Shown: piece by piece, positions 38,400 to 52,883 of the stretch
Layout: every line of letters starts with the position of its first letter
Position numbering within the stretch: position 1 is the stretch's first letter
DNA from: Mobula hypostoma
Taxonomy: Eukaryota
Length of the DNA: 64,000 nucleotides
NCBI RefSeq assembly: GCF_963921235.1
Contig: NC_086097.1
Coordinates: 68,884,001 to 68,948,000 of the forward strand
Direction of reading: 5' to 3'
The notes under the pieces: model-generated
The model's input: the letters and a program-made list of their open reading frames with translations, nothing else
Databases searched by the model: none
What the model was told of the DNA's origin: nothing
Translations under genes and position numbers: made by a program

Positions 38400-38912
38400 A
38401 TTTGGAAAACCTTGACCTGCTATAAATATGAACATCCCTGGTGTACCCAGTGCTCAACCAGTCCCATCATGGGTACAACGCTCTACCCAATATTTGGAAC
38501 ATCGACAAGAAGAAATGTCTCAGGAAGATGGCATCCATCATCAGAGACACCCACTCTCCAGGCCTTGCCGTCTTCTCAAACTGCCATCAGGCAGGAGGTA
38601 CAGCAGCATGAGGACTAACACCTCAAGGTTCAACAACAGTTTCTATTCCACTGTCACCAGGTCCTTGAACCAACCTATAAAACTTTAACACCACCTCAGA
38701 CTATGTACACTTTCTTCTCTCTCAATCTTGGACTAGGGCCGTTATGTTTGTTTTGCATGCATCATGTATAATTTATGTTCATTTAAATTTTATGTTAACT
38801 TATGTTTGCCCTCGTCTTGTAATGCCATATGCTGCCTGCAAAGAAAACTCATTTTCATGGCATTTACACCTATGTATGTATGCCTATGATAACAATAAGT
38901 TTGAACTTGAAC
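38400..38912 (+). mobile_element. Rex/Babar-like LINE 3' fragment
   Basis: LPSGRRYSSMRTNTSRFNNSFY..VTRSLN; tail TTGAACTTGAAC. Confidence 0.75.
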
Positions 38913-41900
38913 TTTAAGTGAAGTCACAGCACTGATGCATGAACATAATTATGTGACGCACAGCAGCAACAACCTAACCAATGATTAAATTCAAAATTTT
39001 AAAGCTTATGTTGTGCAACTAAAAAAGAGGGAAATACAAGTTTCAGAATGAAGCATTATAGGCCTGTCACACAAATGTCATGTTAATAGTGTAGGTTTAC
39101 TACTGGCATACTCTAGTATGGTCTTCTTTCTGATGATAAAGCTTACAGATAAAATTTGTTGGTTGAGTTTGAACCTAAATTACATTAAGACTGCGGTCTA
39201 AATTGCGTATGATATATGAGGACCAAAACACTCATCCATCTTAATGCTTCAAATGTGCAAGCATATACTTGAAACAGCTGGCATGCTCTTCAGTTAACTC
39301 TTATTAAACCTATAGTTGAATTAAAGAACGCAAACATTAGCCCAGCGAAACATGACCAACTAGAATTGCTTAAATATTTCAAATTACTTCAGAAGCATTC
39401 AATCATATCAGACAAATTAAATCCAAGACAAAAATTTTCAAACAAAAATCTGTTACTTCCTCACACAGAATAAAGATCAACCCTACATTAGCCTAACAAA
39501 ATTCTAACAGCACAAAGCATCAACCCTGAACAACACGAGGTATGACAATTCAGAAAACAGGACAGACACATGCTTAACACGTTAGTATTAAGAAGCAATA
39601 GCTATCAGGAGAAGGACAGCAAAATTTAGTTACATCCAACTGCTTTCAGGAAGACAGAATCTCTTTCACAGCGTCATATCATCAAAATGCCTGCAGTTCT
39701 TTGTCTTTTGAGTTTTGTTTTCATATAGATTGAACATAAGTAATTTGACGTTTAAAAGTGAAATTCGTCTCTGGGTGCAACCATTTTGCATTGTAGGGAA
39801 TAATATTTTATTGGTTAATGAAAGGATAGAACATTATATAAGACAAAATGTCTACAAAACTTGTCTCAGCATGTTTTAGGGTTAAGGATGTCCTTAAATT
39901 TCCCATATTAGTTTGAAATTTCTTTTAGTATGCAGCTTTAAATTACTAATCAAGAAGGGTCCATGCTTTGTCTGCTGTCTCTGCTGGATTACTTGACCGA
40001 AGCTAAGGTAACAGTAGAGGTGATGTATCTGGGTCAGTATTTTTGAGTTGGAGGCGAGGGTAGCTGTGTTTCCTATCTGACAACCACCAGAGGAAATGCA
40101 CGTAGGTGGAGTCATATAAGAAACTTAAGGGCATCTTTAATCTTCAGTCATGCTGTGATCCTGCTTGCAGCTGAATAATCTGCTGAGATGGGTGCTTAGT
40201 GCCATTTTAATCAAAACTCTGCCTTTTCTCAGCCTCCAATGCTGTCTTCATTTAGTTTGGTGAGCTTGGTCACTATTCCCTTTTCACTTTCCCCTACTTT
40301 AACTCCAAACTTGGTCCAAACTGAAATCACCATGAGAATAGTGGCTTTATGTGGTATGTAGAAATAACCCAGGGATGGATTGTACTTTAAGCAGGCAATT
40401 TGTTTGCTGGAGCTGAACAGTATCATTTCTTATCCTGCATATTGATTCTAGCTAGTTGGTGATCTTCAGGGTCTAATAGCACTTTGCCTGCACTGTTTAA
40501 TAAGCACCACAAAAAGCAGATTTGTGGACTGGAGACCTGGATTTCCCAGTAGGAATCCTTCTCCATCTATATTTTGACAGCATCACAGATGGTGCCTCTT
40601 TCCTCCTCTGCATTTAGATTCACACTTCATCAAGCTTACAGATTCAGAAGGTTTTCCTTAGATTTTACCAATTCAAGGAGCATTGCATGTGCAACCCACG
40701 CAAACCCACCCCTCCAAATACTGATGACCTAGAGCCCACTTCCAGAAGAACAGCCTTGTCGGCACCAGTCAAAGTCACCATTGCCTTGCATTTATTTATC
40801 ACAGGACCTTTGTCAAATTAAATACGCAACAGCTCACCACGTGCAAGGAAGGTGACTTATGCTGTCTCTGGCAGGTTTCACAGTTCATTTCTTTCTCAAT
40901 AGGGCCAGTTAAACAAAAGTGGAAAGCGATCCAATTTCCCTGAATTTCATGAACATGAAAGGTTTTCATTTGATTAATGTGCAGATTGTGTGCAGCACCA
41001 ATCATTTTATTCTGAATCTAATGCCTGCACCTAGTACGCTGTCATAATACTTTCATCTTCTGCCAACTCTCCATACTAACACTAACATTCAAAGCCAAGT
41101 ATCAAGATGATTGATTGGTAATTAGGGCTTTGTCCTGAAGTTAAAGCTGATGGTCCCATTAAAACCTCTATAGACAGAAGTAGACAACCTCTATAACAGG
41201 GCACTTGGGAATGCAAGAATGGGGATACTGCAGACTATAAACATTCTGAAGTCTCTGCTGTTGTACAATTACAAAATGTTATAAAAATACTGAAGTCATC
41301 TCTGAATACTATATGTTTAAATCATGCTTATTGGCAGGTAGTGTTCCCCTCACAGTACAGAGAAATACACCCAGCCTCTCTCTAAATTAATCCGTACCAC
41401 CGCCTCTATCTTTTGTGCTAGCTGCTTCATTTGTTTCTACGTGATTGCACCCGAGTGGGTATTTGGGAATTTTCTTGGGTAGCTTTGGAGAACTGGGGTA
41501 ACTGTTGTTTTAGAGAAGCAGGTAGCCTGTAGGATTAATCTCCAATGCCCATTCTGCTATCAAAAATAGTCAATGCCAGGCATGAAACTCCTTGTTGCAC
41601 AGGCCCTTGTGATGGATTTAAAGATTACAGTTCTCCAGAGAACAACTCCTCATGGACAACAGTTTCTGAAGTGCCACTGACTGGGTCACTGAAGACCAAT
41701 TGTCCAAATCTGGTGTGTAAAACTGGATGAAAATGTCATCTTCAGACTAACCCACGAAGATCCATTGAAGCAATGAATGATAACTGCTACTTTGAAAACA
41801 ATCATTGGTTGTAAAATCTTCCGGCACTTTAATCATTTTTTGGACAAGCTATCTCTACAGAATATTCTACAAGTCACAAGAAACATCACACACTGTTTTG

Positions 41901-42904
41901 AAGATAGTATCTATGCTCCCAAACTATGATGCTCTTGAAGCAATGTCCTTGGGATTAAAACAATGGCCATCTCTTCCTCCTTTTCCCCTGCAGAATGGAA
42001 CTCTTTTACTCTTTATTCATTTATACAATAGGCTCTCAAGCAGTATTCACCCAGTGAAAGCTCTTTCAAATCCTTAAATACTCCTAAGTAGGCTGGTATC
42101 AAAGCACTGGTGCTTGACAAATTAAGATGCCCTAATAGAATTAATAGTGAAGTATCAGAAATTCTAAGTTTGTAAGTGGCATTGGCTCTGATTCTGAAAT
42201 GCCTGACTGATCATTGGACAAGTTCCTTTTTTTTAAGATAGTGCTTATATTGTCAAAAGCAAGAGGATCTGTTTGAGTGTGTACAGCCACATTTCACATT
42301 TCAGAATAAGCAACTGGATAATGACAATGCAATGCTTTCAGAGCACACATAAAAATGACATGACACATGAATAACCTCACTGAACTTCACCAATTTTCTT
42401 CCATCACCTCTGTACCTCCCAGCTTGTTTTCTTCCTTGTAATTTTGGCAGCTTGTTTTCAATGTCGACCAGCTCTCACTTTCCAGTTATGTTTTGACAAT
42501 GCTGGTTTACTCAACATTTGCTCTCACATGTAACAAACAAATTCTTAAAGAGGTTGAGTATGTCGGCATTCCTTCTGAAAATATGGTGTATGTTACTGAG
42601 AACATCATTCCTTTTTAAGCCGATTATACTTTTAAGATTGATAGATAATTGCAGCAAGGCCACCTAAAGAGAAGGACTCTATTTCCAAAGATTCCGCCTT
42701 GTATGCCTGTTTCTCTGACATCAAGGTAATGGCATGAAGGTAGTGTGAGAGGTAATTAATCCTCCATCATTTGCAAAGTACATGACCCAGGATTGAGGCC
42801 TTAATTTGGCTTGACCATTCTGATGAAACCATTCCTTCATTATATACAAACTGTTGAAATGGCAAAGATAGGATGCATTGGATGCCCACCTAAAGGTTTG
42901 GAAC

Positions 42905-43480
42905 TAGAGTCACAGTAATACAACATGCAGCCAGGCCCCACGTCCCAACTTGTCCATGCCAACCAAGGTATCTTCCTGAGCCAATCCCATTTGCTTGCAT
43001 TTGGCCCACAGCCCTCTAAACTTTTCTTATCCATGTACCTGTCCAAATTCTTTTAAATTATGTAATTGTACCTCCCTCTACCAGTTCCTCTGGCAGCTCA
43101 TTCCATATACCACACTCTGCGTGAAAAACCTATCTCTCAGTTCCCCTTTACTTTTTGCCTCTCAGTTTACACCTGTGCCCTCTGGTTTTAGATTCTCCCA
43201 CCCTGGGAAAAAAGACTGCAATAATCTATCTGATCTTTACCCCTCATAAACTCTATAATCCTAAAATCACCTCCTCAGCCTCTTTCACTCCAGAGAAAAC
43301 AATCCCACCCTTTCCAGCATCTCATTTCTCATCAATCCAGCAATCCCAGCAACATCCTCATGAATCTTTCTGCACGATCCCTAACTAATCATATCCTTCC
43401 TGTAGTATAGTGGCCAGAGCTGCACATATTCCAGGTGTAACTTCAAAAGCATATCTTACAGCTGTAAAATGACACACCAG
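42905..43480 (-). mobile_element. CR1 3' fragment
   Basis: MDRYMDKKSLEGCGPNASKWD C-terminus. Confidence 0.75.
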
Positions 43481-43529
43481 CCTCGGCTGTACTTCCAGCC
43501 TTTACTTTCAGGTGATTCGCAGCACTCTT

Positions 43530-43770
43530 CAAGTGCTGTGAATCTCTGGAATTCTCCACTTTCCTCCACAGAGAGCATTGAAGCTGAATGATGGAATAAT
43601 TCAAGGCTGAGATAGATGGATTTAGGGATTATCAAAGAATCAAGGGCTGTGAGATCAGACAGGAAAGTGATGCTAAAGCATAGATTAGATCAGCCATGAT
43701 CTTATTGAAAGATGGAGCAAACTCAAGGGGCCATATAGCATTCTCCTGTTTCTATTTCCTATGATCCCAT
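43530..43770 (+). mobile_element. CR1 3' fragment
   Basis: GTGAATCTCTGGAATTCT...GATCAGCCATGATCTTATTGAA, a CR1 3' signature shared with other copies here. Confidence 0.65.
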
Positions 43771-46700
43771 ATTAAGCTAGTAAACATCTGTATAATCTGG
43801 GAACCTGCTGCAAGTGGCCCCTGATACTGCAGCTTCTTTAGATACTCTCCCACTGCTGGCTCAGTTGCTGAAAACAAAATGGTGGATTCAATCCATCACC
43901 TTCTTTATACTATATAGGGAACAATGGTCTGGTTCGTACTCTTGTGGCCTGTATAATATTGGACCCCAGAGGGATAGACAACAGGCTGATGATGATGCCT
44001 TTTGATTGGGCAGATGTCCTACTTCATCGTGTGAGCTGCCAGCCCCCGGAAATGGAACACTATAGAGCTTCATACTGAATGTGAATGGCCATTGCTTGGA
44101 GTAAGTACTGGATGACAAATAACATATGTAGATTAGGTCTGCTGGCCAAATGGCTTCACTGTTGAGCACCAAGTAGTTTCCATGAGCAAATTCATCACTC
44201 ACGCAGAAAACAGCAATTCAATTTCCCTTCTTTGAAGAAATTATTTCTGAAGGCTTCTTTTGTCTCCAAGCAATAGGTATTTTATTGCATCATGAAGGAA
44301 ATATGACTTTCAGTGACCTGCTAGAGATGAAAAACTGCTTCATTGGGCAACCATTCGAGTAACTTTGAGGAAAACAATCAATGTTTCATCCTTGTAACTT
44401 TTTTCATTTGGCTATTAAATGAGGAAACATACCTTTTTAAAGCCAAAGCTTCTCCTTCATCATCTTTTTGTTATAATTTCCTAACTAGCAGAATCTTTTC
44501 AAGGATGAAGCTATATACTTCAAATGAACACAGAAACATTGTGCTTGAAGACAATTTCTCTCCATCAGTAAATGCTCAAATATAATCTACCCGACAAACA
44601 CAAATGGCTTTCTAAGTATACTCGAGATATTTACAAGAGTTTAGAGTTAATCCTCAAGCTAACGTTTAACCATAACTGACCACCAAGGAATCAGAGAAAA
44701 CAGAGAGTTGTTGCTGCAAAGAAAAATGGACATCAGTGACCATGAGTGATCATTGCATCATTTTCAGATAAGTAATAAACAAAAATGTCAAGGTTAATTA
44801 ACCATTGCATAGAATAGTAAAAGTCAACAAACTTCTTTTGGTAGGAACCAAAAACTGAAAAGTTGCGGAGCCTTGCCTGCAAGATAGTCAGATGTAAGCA
44901 GGGAAAATGGGTTGCATAAAAAGTGTCAGATGCTCCAGGGAATTGAAGACTCAAGGCGAAATGTTTGTACTGTAAGGGTTGTTCATTTATGCTGTAAATA
45001 AATAGTCTGTTCTGTGTACTCCACCATCAAGTGCCTCATGTTTATTCAAAACCTTGTCAGTCTGAACCCTTGAAGGAAAGAAGGCAACTCATGGTTGACC
45101 CAATGATAGAGGATAAAGTAAAACCCAGAAAGAACATATGACTAACAATGCCCTTTTTCTTTTCTTCTTTGTCTTCAGCTGATCAGCAAATATTATCATC
45201 CTGAATGTTTCAAGCACTACTCCATATAGGCAACTTCTCCTTGTTTATTAACAGCTCTAAGCCAGTTATCAATGCTTTGGGACAGAAAGAAATGACAAGA
45301 AACTTCATGTGCCATGTGGTTAATCCAACATACAGGCAATTGAACAGAGTACACCGATGGGCACTGCACAGCTGTTTTCTGTTTAACTGCAAAACATCCC
45401 TTGTTGTCGTCTATGGAGCATATTGGAAATATTATACATCAAAAAATACCAGAATTACATGATTCAGAGTGCTCCATGGCGTGAGATGATATGCTGCTCT
45501 CAGTTTATGATTTCTCTTCTTGGTGATATTGTATGCTAATTAACCAAAGCAGCTTGATTCAACCCCATTAGCTCAGACTTATTAGACAAACTAAGTGCTT
45601 TAATATCTGGAATTATAATAGTTTTTGCATCTCATACACTTCATAGATAGTTAATAAACTGTAACCTAACCACCTACCCTTGACATTCAAAGTCATTACC
45701 ATCACTGAGTCCTCCACCATCAATGCTCAGGGGGCCTCCATTGATCAAAAACTGTGGACCAGCCACTTAAACCAATGACTAAAGAGATCTGAGGATACGT
45801 AACAAGCAAGCGACAAGCATCTTGACACCTCAAGGTCCTTTCCCTATCAATACAGCACAAGTGAGGATTGTGGTGGAACATGCTCCACTTGCACATCAAA
45901 CAAATCTCAAGGAGATTGGCGTCACTTAGGGCAAAGCAACTTGCGTAATTGGCACCCAATTAACTACCTCAAAATATTTATTCTCACCACCATTGTCACA
46001 CAGCGGCAGCTGTATACACATTTTACAAATTGCACTGTAGCTAATGACCCAGGCTAATTGGACAACACCTTTCGTACCCATGATGTTTATTGCCAAGGCC
46101 AACAAGTGCATGGCAACATTGCTGCTACAGGTTCATCTCCAAGTCGGTCACCATCCAGATTTGGAAATGCATTGCCAGTCCTAAATTGTCATTAGATCTA
46201 AAACTTGCAATCCCTACTCAATAGTTCTGTGAGAGGACCTTCACCAGAAGAACTTCAGCAGTTGAAGATTTTAGGTACTTGGTAAATTTTAAGCGCTGGT
46301 AAAATGGTGGTATGCTCAGTCTTAGCAGCCTATGTGTGCCCAAACAAAGGAGTAATTGTTTGTCCCGTCTATCTTTTTTACAATTGCAAGACACTACTGG
46401 TCATCAAGAACATGCAGGTCTCTCCCACCGGTGAGCTGCTCGACAGTGGTGGAGCTGGACTTGTTGTGTACCATGTTGCTGCCTGCTTCAGCCACCCTGG
46501 GAGGAAGGTGTCAGAGCCAGTGTGCGGAGGCCGTATGTATGCCAACAAATGGTGGAAATGATTAGCTTGGATGCTTGAACAAGATTACGAGATCTTGTTT
46601 GACTGTGGTGATGTAGAATAATATGAGTCTGAGTCAGTGGTTCATTGGTGAGACTGATAGTGGGGGAGCTGCATGGCCTCGATTGTTACGTGCACCAGGC

Positions 46701-47234
46701 CTGCACGCCTCGGGGGTCACCTGTGCGGCCACCAGGGAAGGGGACGGAGCTGGCTGTGCATCTTCAAGGAGCAGTGCTCACATGCCGGTGATATTAAACC
46801 TGATTCAGATTTCAAGCATTTGCAGAATCTCGTGTTAGTCAGTTTCCAGTTCATGAAGATGTTTTAACATAAATTATTAGTTCTTAATTTCTATTTTTTT
46901 AATGTTTAGTTTTATTAAGTTCATTTAAAGAAGCTCAGAGGCCTTTGACAGCAAGCATTCTGAAGAGAGGGTCTCAGAACTCACTGCTGAAGGGTAATGG
47001 CTGCTTTTTCCACTTTGCAGTATTTTCCACACAGAAAGTTCTCCTGCTTAAGCAAACCTGTAGGGCCTCAAAAGGGTAGTCTGACCACAAGAAAAGGATG
47101 GAGAAGTGATGGGGTAGGGGGAAGGGTTGGGAATGGGGGCATGGTTGGTGAGAGCAGGCAGCTGAACACATTGGACATGTTCCGACCAACTGTATTTGCT
47201 TTGGCTCCCTGACAGCATTAGAGGCTCTGTCAGA

Positions 47235-47420
47235 GGATTAAGTGTCGAGACCCCCTCAGTGATTTGAGCATGTAATCTTGGCTGACATTTTGGTGTGCTA
47301 CCAAGCAAAGGCTTTGTTCTAAGCGAGGCATTAAGCCAAGCAAATTACAAAGGTAAAAATTGCTGTCATGCTATTCGAAAGGTGTCCGGTGTCCTAGTCA
47401 ATACCTGGCCTGTTTGCAAC
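47235..47420 (+). mobile_element. DeuSINE (SacSINE1-like) remnant
   Basis: TTGAGCATGTAATCTTGGCTGACA and CCGGTGTCCTAGTCAATA resemble recalled DeuSINE blocks. Confidence 0.5.
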
Positions 47421-47434
47421 AATATCTAAACAGA

Positions 47435-47640
47435 TGTGGCAGCACAATGGCTTTGCACAGAGTCCAGCTGTCCTGCATATCCAAGGTCCCAGTTCGATCA
47501 TGAGTCCAGATGCTCAGTGTGGACTTGTTGCACTCTCCGTGTGACTGTGTGGGTTTATCGTGGCTTTCTCCTACATCCCAATGAAGTACTGGGCGGCGGG
47601 TTACTTGACTATAAATTGCCCCCAGTAGAGTTAACTGGTG
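47435..47640 (+). mobile_element. V-SINE (HE1-like) remnant
   Basis: tRNA-like head (GTGGCAGCACAATGG, GTTCGAT) followed by TGCACTCTCCGTGTGACTGTGTGGGTTT, similar to the V domain. Confidence 0.55.
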
Positions 47641-49329
47641 GGAGAATCAGGGGCTTTTATTGGAAATGTATGAGAGAATATGTTACAGGGAAACACAGAA
47701 AGTGAAGGAAAAGCACTGATGAAATTCCTGTAAAACTCTTGATGTGCCAACAGGCCTCCTTCCAAGTTTTTAAGAAAATATGAGATTGCATTAACTGCTT
47801 TTGAACCTGATCTGGAACCAGAGTTGTTGCATCTGCAACAGTAACTAGATTTTAAAATAACTGTTTTTTTGCATGGAATGCATCTTGGGGCATCCCAAGA
47901 ATGTGACAATTGTTACATACAAGCAAGTGCTTTATCGCCGTCTATAGTTTTCATTAATTTCTTCAATCCTTTCAACGCACGGGTTCAACAAATGGGTCCA
48001 AAGGAAGAATAGTTCAATTACACTTTCTAATTTAAGAAAGTACTTGGAACCAATCGTGGAATGTTTTTGTGCTGTATAAGCACCAACCTGTAATACAAAG
48101 TGAAAGGATACCATTTACAGTAATTTCCATCAATCCCAATTCCTCTAAAAATGCTGTATTTCCAGAGGATGTCACATTTTATTTGTTTTATTGTATTACG
48201 CTCACTGTGATAAATACCTTTTCCATTGCTGCCGCGTTACTAATTTGATGTTGGTTCATAAATCTGAATGATATGATTTAAAAGTACTCTGAAGTTATTA
48301 TTTTGTTGTCTTAAACCTGGCCTTTACTCATTATAATGAACTGAAAGGCATGCATCTATTAAAGTCCTTATCACTCCAGTTGCTGCATTAGCACTTGGCT
48401 TCACTTCATAGCATGGTAATCAAAAGTAAAGCTCCCAAAAGACAAATATCTTTGATTTCCTGCTGTCTATTTTATCCTATTCCACATTTACCATACTCAC
48501 AAGAGAGTCAGGCCAATATCCAAACCTTCAGTTTTATACATTTCAGAAATGATGTTCCTCCAGTTGCTACAATCAATAAGTGGAGATATTTGATTTTAAT
48601 TGCTCCAATAATGCCAATGCATTATTCCAAAACATTCTGAAAAGAAAAGCTAACATCCTTGAGCATGAAACTGTGTGGCTCACTGAAAACTCATGACATT
48701 GAGTAGGACCTGCTAATAAGACAATGGGAACTAAATTGGAAGGCTTCCAAAAATGAGCGCAGAGTTTGTGATGGGCAATTAACCAGCTCTCCTTGATGTA
48801 ATGTAAGCAGCATACCAGTTTTAGGTTGTCCGTTTATTATAATAATTTCTGCTTTCAGCCAGCACTTACTGCATGTTTGATTGGCTTCCCACATCAGCAT
48901 GGGGTCAAATATCATAATTTAGTAGTACCAATTAAAGCTAGCCAGCACTGCTTAAAGCTATATTACACTTCTGAAAAGACGGAAGCATTGCAACTGAAGG
49001 AAGTCCTGATAGTCACACAAAAATCTAATCCATCCTGGGAATCAATAAAGTATATCAAACAAAAGAGAATGCCAGCTTCAAAGTTAGGATTGCACCAGAG
49101 GGCTTGAAGATGCAGGTGGACCATTAAATTTCCTCAGCTCCTACCAGCCATGCTGTACTACTGAAGGTACATTTCCTGGAGCAATTAAAGAGTACAGGGA
49201 AGATGAATATTTATAATCTTATGTAATATGGTATGGTTTCACTTATAAAAACTTGTTTAGAAGTGGTAATCACTGAATCAAATATGCATAAAGCAGCTAA
49301 CAATGGGCTCCTTTACTCAACATCTATTA

Positions 49330-50050
49330 TTGGAAAATAATAGAATCAATTGGCAAGAAAACTTGAAAATTCATAATCCAATCAGGGTCAGCATGGCTTC
49401 ATAAAGGGAAGAATTAGGTCTGACAAATTGATTAGAGTTCAGTAGTCGGCATGAATAAAGGCAGGCCAGTAGGTGTAATTCATTTAGATTTTCAACAAGC
49501 GTTCAGCAAGTTAACAGGCAAAAGGTTACTTCGCAAGATCATGGCTCATGTAATTGGAGGTAATATGTTACTGTAGATAGAGGACTGGCTAACCAGCAGG
49601 AAACAGTGAGTAGGGATAAGGAGATCATTGTCAAGTTGCAAACTGTAAGCAGTAGGATGCATAAATTTAACTGTTCACAATATACTAAAATTTAGAGGAA
49701 ATAAATGGTTGTACTGAAGCATGATTTGCAGCTGGGGGGTGAGGCAAGCTTGGAGAAAGATAAAATAAATTCACAGAGTGAGATTGGTAGATTGAGTGAA
49801 TGGACGAAAAGATGGTAATTGAAGAATAATGTGAGAAGAAGTTGTTCATTTGTATGATGATACATGGTAATATTTAAATAGAGAAAGAACTGCAGAAATT
49901 TGAAGCACAAATTGTGAGAGCTTCAACATGAAACATTAAAAAATGGTATATGCATGCAGTAAGAAATCAGGAAAGTTAATGGCATTCTAGTTTTGATTTC
50001 AAGGGGATGTGGTATGCAATCAGAGGGATATGTTTTCTGTGCATACAGTA
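49330..50050 (+). mobile_element. Old CR1 RT remnant
   Basis: CAGCATGGCTTC (QHGF), TTAGATTTTCAACAAGCGTTC (LDFQQAF), GAGGACTGGCTAACC (EDWLT). Confidence 0.7.
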
Positions 50051-50170
50051 TCTTGTTGAAAGGGCCTGTTTCCTTGTTGTAAGGTCTTATAACTCTCAGA
50101 GAGTGGCACTTGGAGAGTTGAAACCAGACATTTGGTGTCAAATCAGTATGATCTGAGGCAAATGGCCAAA

Positions 50171-50172
<2 letters not shown>

Positions 50173-50214
<42 letters not shown>

Positions 50215-50228
50215 ACGCGTGTGTGCAC
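50173..50228. repeat. (GT)n microsatellite
   Basis: Read directly from the sequence. Confidence 0.95.
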
Positions 50229-52883
50229 ACATCAAATGCCACTTTAGCCATTGAATGGCGAGCACTAGGGATGCAATTTCTCACCCCCAAATAATATTCA
50301 TGATATTATGTAGCAACAGAGCCCTGCCATTCTTCTTTGTTAATTTTCTGCAACTAACCATATAATGGATAATTTTGCAAATGAGGGTGATTTGTGGTAG
50401 TTAGATTTAAAAAAAAATAAAATTAACCGATCACATTTAAACATTATATTGTAGGGGTTGATTAAAGACACAATTATGTTTTCAGTTATGGAAACATTAA
50501 ATAGTATCAATAAATTTTCAGCTGGTTCCTCTATTGCCTTTAATTTATCATCATTAGTGTGTCAGCTGAATGTTTGTTTGGAAGATGGATTTGTTCCATG
50601 AAATCTTTGGCAGATTTAAGGGTAATAGTGAAAACATTATTACATTTACCTTATCTGAAAAAAATGTGACAGACTAGAGAGAAAAGCTAAATCATGATGA
50701 AATGGTGAGTGATTACAGCAATTAATGCAATCTATTGGTTTGGGGGAAGGGGAAAGTCAACCATCTAAATGAATGCTTCATCTTCCTTCCCCAGTGGCCC
50801 TGTAAATACTATTTTAATTCATAGAGTAATTACAGGCAAACTAATTCTGAATTTATAAAGGACTGGGAATTACATTAGACCAATTCAGTTCACTCCCTTT
50901 ACTTGCTTGCCATGTTCGTCCCTTGCCTGTACTAATCTGGTTCAGATATGAGGGTGCAGTCAGCCTGAGTGGATTTTGGAGGCACACCAAGACCTCAGTG
51001 GAGATTGGGCCTGAGGTAGCGGCAGGATACCATTTAAATCCTCAGCCCTGTATTTGCCTTACAGCTTTTGGTAAGAGGCAAGGTTTTGGATCAGTTGTTA
51101 TCTTTTGTCAAAGTCTGAGAGTCAAATGTCTTTCATGACTAAAAACAATTAAAATGGTTTTAAATTATTTAAAATGTGTTAAATCAAAAATAAATGTATT
51201 TTATTAGAAGATTAAAATGTTAATAAAGAATTACAAATAACAAAAGTAAGGGGAAAATAAAAAAAATTAATTTATCTTTTTCTACCCAATCTTCATGTTA
51301 GGAATCCCTTACATATGTCACTTAGCTCAGCTGGGACCAATGGTAAGGCCACACAATACTGGGATGTTTTTAACTCGCAGTGTCTGAATGGAAGCAGATC
51401 TCTTTAGAAGTGCCAGACAGCCCACCTTGATTCAACCCATTGGATAACATAAGTTCAGAAACATTTATTGTATTAGTATGAAGTTGTGTTCTTTTTTACC
51501 CCAGCTATGCTAATAGCCTATTAACTCAGATATTTTAAAAGGTTAATGTCTCTGCCACCGTAGCGCCTGCATGTTCTTCTGCATTGTTGTTCATTGAAGC
51601 AAGTAGCAAGGCTAAAATCGCCAATCAGCATCTTCATTGAAGGGAGACAAGAGCTAACAGCAATGGTTGATACAGCAAGGGATCAGGAGTCATAGACCAA
51701 TGAATCTCTGGAAATCTTAGTTCTTTAAGGTATACACCCAATATAGCACAGTTTCAAAAATATTTTGGATCTCAGGCTCAAAGTTCATGTTATAAATACC
51801 TGGCACTTTTACAATTGAAGTCAACTTACCATTTCAGCTTGGTAAAATGAACTGTTGTGAAGTGTTCATCATGTCAGTTTGCCGATGGAAACTTTTTTAA
51901 TAAGCTATTTCCTGATAAAACTTGACGTAACAAAGAGCAAATATGCAGATATGCACTCCAGAGAAGACAATTCAAATAACCATATAGTGGTGTCTAAATA
52001 TGCTGGCACGCTCGTGTTTGATCTCTGCTTGGAATTAACGAAGAAGCTTGTGCAGATGAACGCTATATAAAGCCTATCCCTATAAACAGTATTTTGGTTT
52101 GTAATTAAAATGGATGAAAGATGATAGAAGAGAAATTGCGCAACAAAGATTCACTGGGCTATTTACAAGGAAGATGGGACTGTTCTACAGCAAGATTCTA
52201 TGGAAACTAGGTCAATACTTCTTATAAGTTTAAAGGAAAGAGGTAATCTTGGTGAAGTATGCAGAGTTTCATATGAGATTTGCCGGGTAAACTCTGGAGG
52301 CTTGTTTCCGGGGATTGGAAATTTTGGGATTAAAAAACAGATTAAGGGATGTCTGGCTCAGGGCTGAGATAAAGATTCATTTCTTCACTCAGTGGGCTAC
52401 AAATCAAGAGGAATGTTCTGACAAGATAGTCGACAATGAACAAAATAACATTTTGGTTAGAAATTTGAACAATAAGTGGTTGATTAACAGTGTTGGGTAA
52501 GGTCCAAATTGATAGCATCAAATATGTCAGAAATAGAAATATCTTTAATAAGGAGTTCTTTGGCATTTATATAAGCAAGATATAATAGCTCATTCATAAA
52601 ATAGTCTGTTGTTTTTATAATAACTTCATTTCCTCAACATGAGAAGTAGCCACAGAAATTGTTTGAAGGCTTCAGAAAGAAAATATACTCAAATTAGGAA
52701 AGCCCTGTTGCTCCTTTTTTTTAAAACAATTCTGTTGGCTTCACCCATCACTGCTAAACAAAAAAGTTAACATCAAGTGGAATTGGTTACTGCTTTTAAA
52801 AAGGAACAGTTTCCATTTTTTGGTCACAAGATTAAATATACAAAAGAAACTTAAAAAAAATTTAAGCTACACTCACATTGGAA

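Noticed and set aside
43888..44202. ORF containing ..ICYL..SMKLYS.., superficially like the next AKAP6 exon
   Set aside because: Only a few scattered residues match, spacing differs, the EAQRDAVEQ core is missing and there are no convincing splice sites.
46304..46867. GC-richer segment with several short ORFs
   Set aside because: No recognisable protein motif, splice structure or element termini.
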